NCBI GenBank assembly: GCA_963704705.1 | Contig: OY969931.1 | Span: 390,001-422,000 of the forward strand | Direction of reading: 5' to 3' | Origin: an uncultured bacterium | Lineage (GTDB): Bacteria; Patescibacteriota; Gracilibacteria; UBA1369; PNNO01 | DNA: 32,000 nucleotides | Part shown: positions 26,747 through 32,000 of the stretch, in pieces | Layout: each line of letters opens with the position of its first letter | How positions within the stretch are numbered: position 1 is the first letter of the stretch | Position numbers and translations under genes: made by a program | Notes under the pieces: generated by a model | What the model was told of the DNA's origin: nothing | Database searches by the model: none | Seen by the model: the letters and a program-made list of their open reading frames with translations, nothing else

Positions 26747-27888
26747 AACTTAATATTATTAGCTATTATCTCTGCGGCCAATTCATGACCTTCGTTTGTC
26801 CAGTGAGGATCTTCTTTTTCGTAATAATACCATACATTTGAATCAGCTTCTCTGAAAAATGGAAGTAAATCAATATATTCAATTCCCATCGTATCTGTTA
26901 ACTGTTTCATTTTGGCTTGAGGACGCGATAATTCGTATGCTTCTTCATCAAAATACATTTCAGAATATTTTTTCCAGAATTTTTTATCAGTCTGAACATC
27001 CATCGGGATAGCAACAACAATCATTTTAATGCCTTTTTCATCAAGAATCCTTTTCATCTCGGTTAAAGTATATTCAACCTTAGCCCAGTATTCAGGAAGA
27101 TTAGGATCACCATGTTCATCATCTGGTTCCAAAAATGCAGGCCAGGTTAAAGTTGGGCCTTCTTCTTTATTAAAGCCAAGTTTTTTCATTAGAATCTGCC
27201 ATCTTGTATATATGAAATTTGCAAAGTATGAAACAGGCTCTTCTTCACCTTTGTATCGTAACCTGTTTTCGTCATCAACATAATGCTTAGTATCAATAAC
27301 CTTTACCAAATTTTCATTATCATCCAACACCCATTCGTGCCTTCTGAATTCAGTTACATCGTTACCTGCAAAAAAATTAACAATAACTGCATCCGGTTGA
27401 AGTGAAAGTCCTTTTTCTTTTAATAAAAGCAATTCTTGATCGAGTGTATAACCAATTGCACCCATGTTCACAACTTCATAATTATTCTCCTGATCTTTCT
27501 GTCCCAAAAAATTTTGTAGTTTTTCAGTGAAAATATTTTCATGTCTTACGCCCATTCCAAAAGTAAATGAATCTCCAAGCGCAAGAATTCGTTTTGTGTT
27601 TTCCGGTTTAGTTTGAGACATTTTGTCGTCCCTAAAACCAAATTGGTTAATTCTAATTTCAGGTGTTGGATTTTCATAACCATGATAATCTACAGCACCT
27701 GGCAAATGTCCCCAAACATACGAATCATTTGCTTCGAATATCTGTAGATTTACGGCTGTGGGTCCTTCTTTTGTATATTTAAATGCGATTCTCGAAATAC
27801 CTTCAGCAACAACAAATAGTATGAGCAGCATTACCAAAAAGGTACCGATATTTATAAGTATTTTGTTTCGCAGCTTAATCATTTTCAA
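26743..27888 (-). CDS. SGNH/GDSL-like hydrolase with N-terminal TM segment
   Basis: RILALGDSFTFGMGV block I, DAVIVNFFAGND block III, HWTNEGHELAAE catalytic Asp/His-like block. Confidence 0.88.
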   Translation of the reverse strand: MKMIKLRNKILINIGTFLVMLLILFVVAEGISRIAFKYTKEGPTAVNLQIFEANDSYVWGHLPGAVDYHGYENPTPEIRINQFGFRDDKMSQTKPENTKRILALGDSFTFGMGVRHENIFTEKLQNFLGQKDQENNYEVVNMGAIGYTLDQELLLLKEKGLSLQPDAVIVNFFAGNDVTEFRRHEWVLDDNENLVKVIDTKHYVDDENRLRYKGEEEPVSYFANFIYTRWQILMKKLGFNKEEGPTLTWPAFLEPDDEHGDPNLPEYWAKVEYTLTEMKRILDEKGIKMIVVAIPMDVQTDKKFWKKYSEMYFDEEAYELSRPQAKMKQLTDTMGIEYIDLLPFFREADSNVWYYYEKEDPHWTNEGHELAAEIIANNIKL

Positions 27889-29623
27889 ATTTCTGTTCGT
27901 AGTTAAGAGTTTTACTTATACTATCTTTATCGATATTTTCTTTATTTACAAGGTAATTTTCCATGACAAGAATGTCCATATCTGTTCTTAAAAAACATTT
28001 AAGAGCATCTTCGGGAGTACATACAATCGGCTCACCCCTTACATTAAATGAAGTATTAATAATTACTCCTGTACCGGTTTTTTCTTTAAATTTACTAATT
28101 AATTTATGGTATTTTGGATTTTCGCTCTCAGAAACACTCTGAATTCTTGCTGAATTATCTACATGTGTTATTGCAGGCAGATTGTCTTTTTTAACCTGTG
28201 CAACCAAAAGCATATATGGTGTTGAAGTTTGCAGATCAAAGTTTTCGTTAAGGTCCTCTTCAATTACACTTGGGGCAAAAGGCCTAAAACTTTCACGGAA
28301 TTTTATTTTTAAATTAACTCTTTGCCAGTTTTCTTTGTTACGGGCATCAGCAACAATTGAACGATTTCCCAGTGCGCGAGGCCCATATTCCATTCTTCCC
28401 TGATACCATCCGATTACATTTTGTTTATTTATATAATCAGCAACTTTATCGTATAAATCCTGATCTTCAAGTTTTTCATATTTAACTTGATGTTTATTTA
28501 AAAGTTCCTCGATTTGTTCATTACTGAATGAAGGACCTAAATATACATTCTTCATTTGATACGACCTTTTGTTTCCAAGAATTGAATGCCAGGCAAAAAG
28601 TGCTGCGCCAAGCGCTCCTCCTGCATCTCCGGAAGCAGGCTGAATAAATATTTTTTTAAATTTTGATTCTCTTAAAAGTTTTCCGTTCGCCACGCAGTTA
28701 AGCGCTACGCCGCCGGCTAAACAAAGATTTTCTTCTCCTGTCTCATTATGAATATGATTTGCAATTTTAAGCATAATATCTTCCAAAACAACCTGTAAAC
28801 TTTTAGCTATGTCGAATTCTCTTTGAGTTATTTTAGTTTCTGGTTTTCGCGGAGGCGCTCCAAATAACTTATTAAAATGGCGATTTGTCATTCTAAGTCC
28901 GTAATGATAAGCAAAATATTTCATATTTAATTCAAAACTGCCGTCATCTTTAACATCGATTAATTTACGTACTTCATCGCAATATTTGGCTTCGCCATAA
29001 GGAGCGAGACCCATAACTTTATACTCACCACTATTAACTTTGAATCCCAAATAATAAGTAAATGCCGAGTATAATAATCCCAAAGAATGTGGGAATCGGA
29101 TTTCTTTTAAAATTTCAATTTTAGAGTTTGCGGCTTTGCCATAAGTTAAAGTGGACCATTCTCCAACTCCGTCAGCAGTTAAAAAGGCACACTTTTCAAA
29201 AGGAGATGCAAAAACCGAACTTGCTGCATGGGATTCATGATGATCCATATAAAAAATGTCTCCTTTAAATCCGAGTTCTTTTCTAATGATTGTTGGAATC
29301 CACAGTTTTTGTTTGAGCCATACCTTCATTGCTTTTAGAAAAGACAGATAACTTCTTGGCCATGTATTGATATATGTTGTTAAAAGTCTTTCGAATTTAA
29401 CAAATGGTTTTTCGTAATAAGCAACGTGTGAAATGTTCGATTTCTCAATGCCGGCTTCTTTTAAACAATATTCAATTGCGTTTTCAGGAAAATCCTCATC
29501 ATGTTTTTTTCGCGTAAACCTTTCTTCCTGAGCTGCAGCTATAACTTCACCGTTTTTTATGAGTGCAGCTGCGCTGTCATGGTAAAAGCAAGAAATTCCC
29601 AGTATGTAAGTATCATTATTCAT
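27875..29623 (-). CDS. carbamoyltransferase, NodU/CmcH family
   Basis: YILGISCFYHDSAAALIKNGEVIAAAQEERFTRKKHDEDFPENAIEYCL; FLTADGVGEWSTLTYG; LAGGVALNCVANGKL; GRMEYGPRALGNRSIVADAR. Confidence 0.96.
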   Translation of the reverse strand: MNNDTYILGISCFYHDSAAALIKNGEVIAAAQEERFTRKKHDEDFPENAIEYCLKEAGIEKSNISHVAYYEKPFVKFERLLTTYINTWPRSYLSFLKAMKVWLKQKLWIPTIIRKELGFKGDIFYMDHHESHAASSVFASPFEKCAFLTADGVGEWSTLTYGKAANSKIEILKEIRFPHSLGLLYSAFTYYLGFKVNSGEYKVMGLAPYGEAKYCDEVRKLIDVKDDGSFELNMKYFAYHYGLRMTNRHFNKLFGAPPRKPETKITQREFDIAKSLQVVLEDIMLKIANHIHNETGEENLCLAGGVALNCVANGKLLRESKFKKIFIQPASGDAGGALGAALFAWHSILGNKRSYQMKNVYLGPSFSNEQIEELLNKHQVKYEKLEDQDLYDKVADYINKQNVIGWYQGRMEYGPRALGNRSIVADARNKENWQRVNLKIKFRESFRPFAPSVIEEDLNENFDLQTSTPYMLLVAQVKKDNLPAITHVDNSARIQSVSESENPKYHKLISKFKEKTGTGVIINTSFNVRGEPIVCTPEDALKCFLRTDMDILVMENYLVNKENIDKDSISKTLNYEQKFEND

Positions 29624-29847
29624 TAAAACGGATATTTATAATCTTTGGATTGAGTATGATCAAAATAATATGATTTGGGAGGTTTTTTAAAATGTTCGAT
29701 TATTCTTTTAGGTAAACCAATTATTATTGCGTAAATACCAATAAAAACAATGTAAAACACTGTTAAAAGTATTGTTGTATTTACCACGCCAATCACGTGA
29801 GCAAATTTAAGCCACCCAGTCTTTATGCTTTTTAGGATTTTTTTCAT
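29623..29847 (-). CDS. SxtJ-like small membrane protein
   Basis: SIKTGWLKFAHVIGVVNTTILLTVFYIVFIGIYAIIIGL resembles the C-terminal half of SxtJ-family proteins; directly upstream of the carbamoyltransferase. Confidence 0.7.
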   Translation of the reverse strand: MKKILKSIKTGWLKFAHVIGVVNTTILLTVFYIVFIGIYAIIIGLPKRIIEHFKKPPKSYYFDHTQSKDYKYPF

Positions 29848-30739
29848 AAACAAGAAAAAATGATATTATCCACATCACTAAAGCAAAAACACCTGTCTGA
29901 ACAGGATCAAAATCAACTCCTTTAAATATTTCTGCCCCAAGCGGATCATTTGTTAAATATAAAATTACTGTAAAGAGACTAATTACTCCAACGGAAAATA
30001 GAATAAGCCCAAATCCCGCTTTAATATAATTCCACGCATTCCATTTTATTGGTTCCAACGCACCTCCGATTCTATCTAGAAAGTGAAGTTGTTTTATTTT
30101 GTGCCGTACATGTATATATAAGCCTAAAATCATTGGTATAACCAGTAACGCGAATATAGATTCTGACATAAGGAGCAAATCATATACTCCATGGAAGAAA
30201 ACAGCAAGCAATAAACCTTTTGCCAGTAATTTTTTTTCAATTTGTTTATCTTTCTGGAATTTTGCTTTTCCAAAATAGTACCCCATGATTGCTCCGAACA
30301 TTGCATGAGCCGGTACAGCTAAAATAGCTCTTATTACAGCAACATAAATTCCGCCTTCCATTACATAAAAAATATTTTCCAATGCAGCGAATCCAAGAGA
30401 GGCAACAACACCGTAAATTACACCATCGTAGTATTCATCAAATTCAATGTTGTGATAAGCTTTCTTTTTAACAACCCAGTATTTGGCGAATTCTTCAATA
30501 AGTGCAGTATAAACAAACGCCAGAATAATTAAATTAATAAAAGAAGATGAAAAAAGATCACCAAGATAACTTGCCAACCCATATTCAATCAGGCCTGCAA
30601 TAAATGCTGCCAACATCCCCCACATAAAAATTTTCCACAAAAATTTTCTTGATTCTTTACGCTTATCCAGGTGGTCAAAATACCAAAGCAGTAATGCAAC
30701 CGGAGCCAGTGATAATATTATTAAACCTATTGTCCACAT
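29807..30739 (-). CDS. PrsW-family intramembrane metalloprotease
   Basis: Multi-TM protein with ALIEEFAKYWVVKKKA, DGVIYGVVASLGFAALENIFY, HAMFGAIMGYYFG and FHGVYDLLL motifs. Confidence 0.9.
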   Translation of the reverse strand: MWTIGLIILSLAPVALLLWYFDHLDKRKESRKFLWKIFMWGMLAAFIAGLIEYGLASYLGDLFSSSFINLIILAFVYTALIEEFAKYWVVKKKAYHNIEFDEYYDGVIYGVVASLGFAALENIFYVMEGGIYVAVIRAILAVPAHAMFGAIMGYYFGKAKFQKDKQIEKKLLAKGLLLAVFFHGVYDLLLMSESIFALLVIPMILGLYIHVRHKIKQLHFLDRIGGALEPIKWNAWNYIKAGFGLILFSVGVISLFTVILYLTNDPLGAEIFKGVDFDPVQTGVFALVMWIISFFLVYEKNPKKHKDWVA

Positions 30740-30796
30740 ATAATCTATGATACCATTATTGATGACCTTACGATTTTACCAGAACACTTTAAAAAT

Positions 30797-31555
30797 ATGA
30801 AAAAGATTATTATTTATACAGATGGCAGTTGTTTGGGAAATCCAGGACCTGGTGGTTATGGTGTTTTAATTCAGCCAAACGGAGATGAGATTATTTTAAG
30901 TGGTGGTGAAGCTTCAACAACAAATAATAGAATGGAAATGATGGCTGTTTTAGAAGCTTTAAAATGGGTTGCGAACAATGCTGAAAAAAGTACTGAAGTT
31001 GATATTTATAGTGATTCAAGCCTGGTTGTGAACTCTATGAAACAGGGATGGAAAAGAAAAGCTAATTTGGATATTTGGGGAGAAATTGATAATACAATGA
31101 TTAAACTTGGAGATATCAAAATAAATTGGCATTGGGTAAAAGGTCATGCTGATAACGAATTCAATGAAAGAGTTGATGAAATTGCAGTTGAAGAATCAAA
31201 AAAGTTTGAAAAATCCGATCAAATAAAGCTTCCAACAGAACTTGCCGATGGTTATTTTTGCCAAAAATGTAATAAAAAGGTTGATGGAAGGTTAAGTTAT
31301 AATAGTGAAGCAGACATGATTCGGGTTGATTGTGAAAATTGCGGATCTTACATTATGTTTGCGGAAAAAAATCCAAAGAATCTAAAAGAAGCAAAAAAAC
31401 GAATACTCGCAAGCAAAGCTCAACTTGAAAAAATTAAGCAAATTAAAGAAGATCAGGGTGAAACAGTAGGGGACAAGGAAATGAAAAAACTTAAAACATT
31501 AACCCGCGAACAAGCGGATAAACTAATAAATAGCGCTCAAACATTATGGAACTAA
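30797..31555 (+). CDS. rnhA: ribonuclease H (type 1) with C-terminal zinc-ribbon-like extension
   Basis: IIIYTDGSCLGNPGPGGYGVLI, TTNNRMEMMAVLEAL, DIYSDSSLVVNSMKQGW, WVKGHADNEFNERVDEIA; then CQKCNKKVDG..CENCGSYI. Confidence 0.93.
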   Translation: MKKIIIYTDGSCLGNPGPGGYGVLIQPNGDEIILSGGEASTTNNRMEMMAVLEALKWVANNAEKSTEVDIYSDSSLVVNSMKQGWKRKANLDIWGEIDNTMIKLGDIKINWHWVKGHADNEFNERVDEIAVEESKKFEKSDQIKLPTELADGYFCQKCNKKVDGRLSYNSEADMIRVDCENCGSYIMFAEKNPKNLKEAKKRILASKAQLEKIKQIKEDQGETVGDKEMKKLKTLTREQADKLINSAQTLWN

Positions 31556-31911
31556 GAAAACAATCAGAAGTTTCGGAAGACTTGGTTAATTGCCCGGAAA
31601 CAACCATAGTACTGCCTACAGATGAAGTCAGAGATAAATTGGTAAAATTATATTTTATTGCCAAATCCAATTTGGAAACTTTAGCGGCAATTTTTGAAGC
31701 AGTACAGGATAGAACTTTTGGCAGGGCGATTGTGAGAAAGAATTATATTATTATGAATCCAGATTATATTATGACCATACCTGATAAATTGCCTTATATG
31801 ACAGCAGAAATCGAAAAAGTATATATGGAAATTATTGATGCAAATCAACTAGCTTCAGTATTTCAATCATTTGCAAGATCATCTGTAACAGGGCAGGCAC
31901 CTCATCTTTAA
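31546..31911 (+). CDS. hypothetical protein, 121 aa
   Basis: ORF overlapping the rnhA stop; no family recognised. Confidence 0.6.
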   Translation: MELRKQSEVSEDLVNCPETTIVLPTDEVRDKLVKLYFIAKSNLETLAAIFEAVQDRTFGRAIVRKNYIIMNPDYIMTIPDKLPYMTAEIEKVYMEIIDANQLASVFQSFARSSVTGQAPHL

Positions 31912-31975
31912 TGATTTTTTTCTTGATATAAACTTTGGCGCAAAGTATACTCTTTTTTGTTGAAAAAGTTATTTT

Positions 31976-32000
31976 GCCGCGGTAGCTCAGTGGTAGAGCA
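31976..32000 (+). tRNA. 5' part of a tRNA, truncated by the window edge
   Basis: GCCGCGGTAGCTCAGTGGTAGAGCA: acceptor 5' strand plus a canonical D-arm. Confidence 0.85.

Overview
Mostly low-GC bacterial sequence that looks like a Candidate Phyla Radiation type genome. That lineage call is inference from small streamlined genes and S-layer/pilin-like proteins, not tested. Well-supported housekeeping content: thioredoxin, SPFH/prohibitin-like protein, MFS transporter, rpsO-pnp, TrkA/TrkH potassium uptake, tRNA-Gly(GCC), cold-shock protein, RlmN, TsaB, RsmI, RNase H, and the 5' part of a tRNA at the right edge. Three short segments are conspicuously GC-rich against this background: about 10382-10935 (Cys-rich, calcium-motif putative lipoprotein), 14483-15350 (an unknown protein with a hairpin-rich leader) and 15869-18775 (a coupled two-gene operon, HTH protein plus a GHKL/MutL-like ATPase with beta-rich C-terminal repeats). 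The HTH + GHKL ATPase operon is the strongest candidate for an undescribed system. Other notable features are a minus-strand chain of overlapping genes (PrsW-like, SxtJ-like, NodU/CmcH carbamoyltransferase, SGNH hydrolase, DUF5989 and a kinase-fold-like protein), tRNA-Gly fragments flanking the intact tRNA-Gly (one interrupted in its D-arm), a homopolymer-associated frameshift in trkH, 18-bp palindromic coding repeats in tsaB, and an 870-aa helical acidic orphan protein. No CRISPR array or recognisable transposase was seen.
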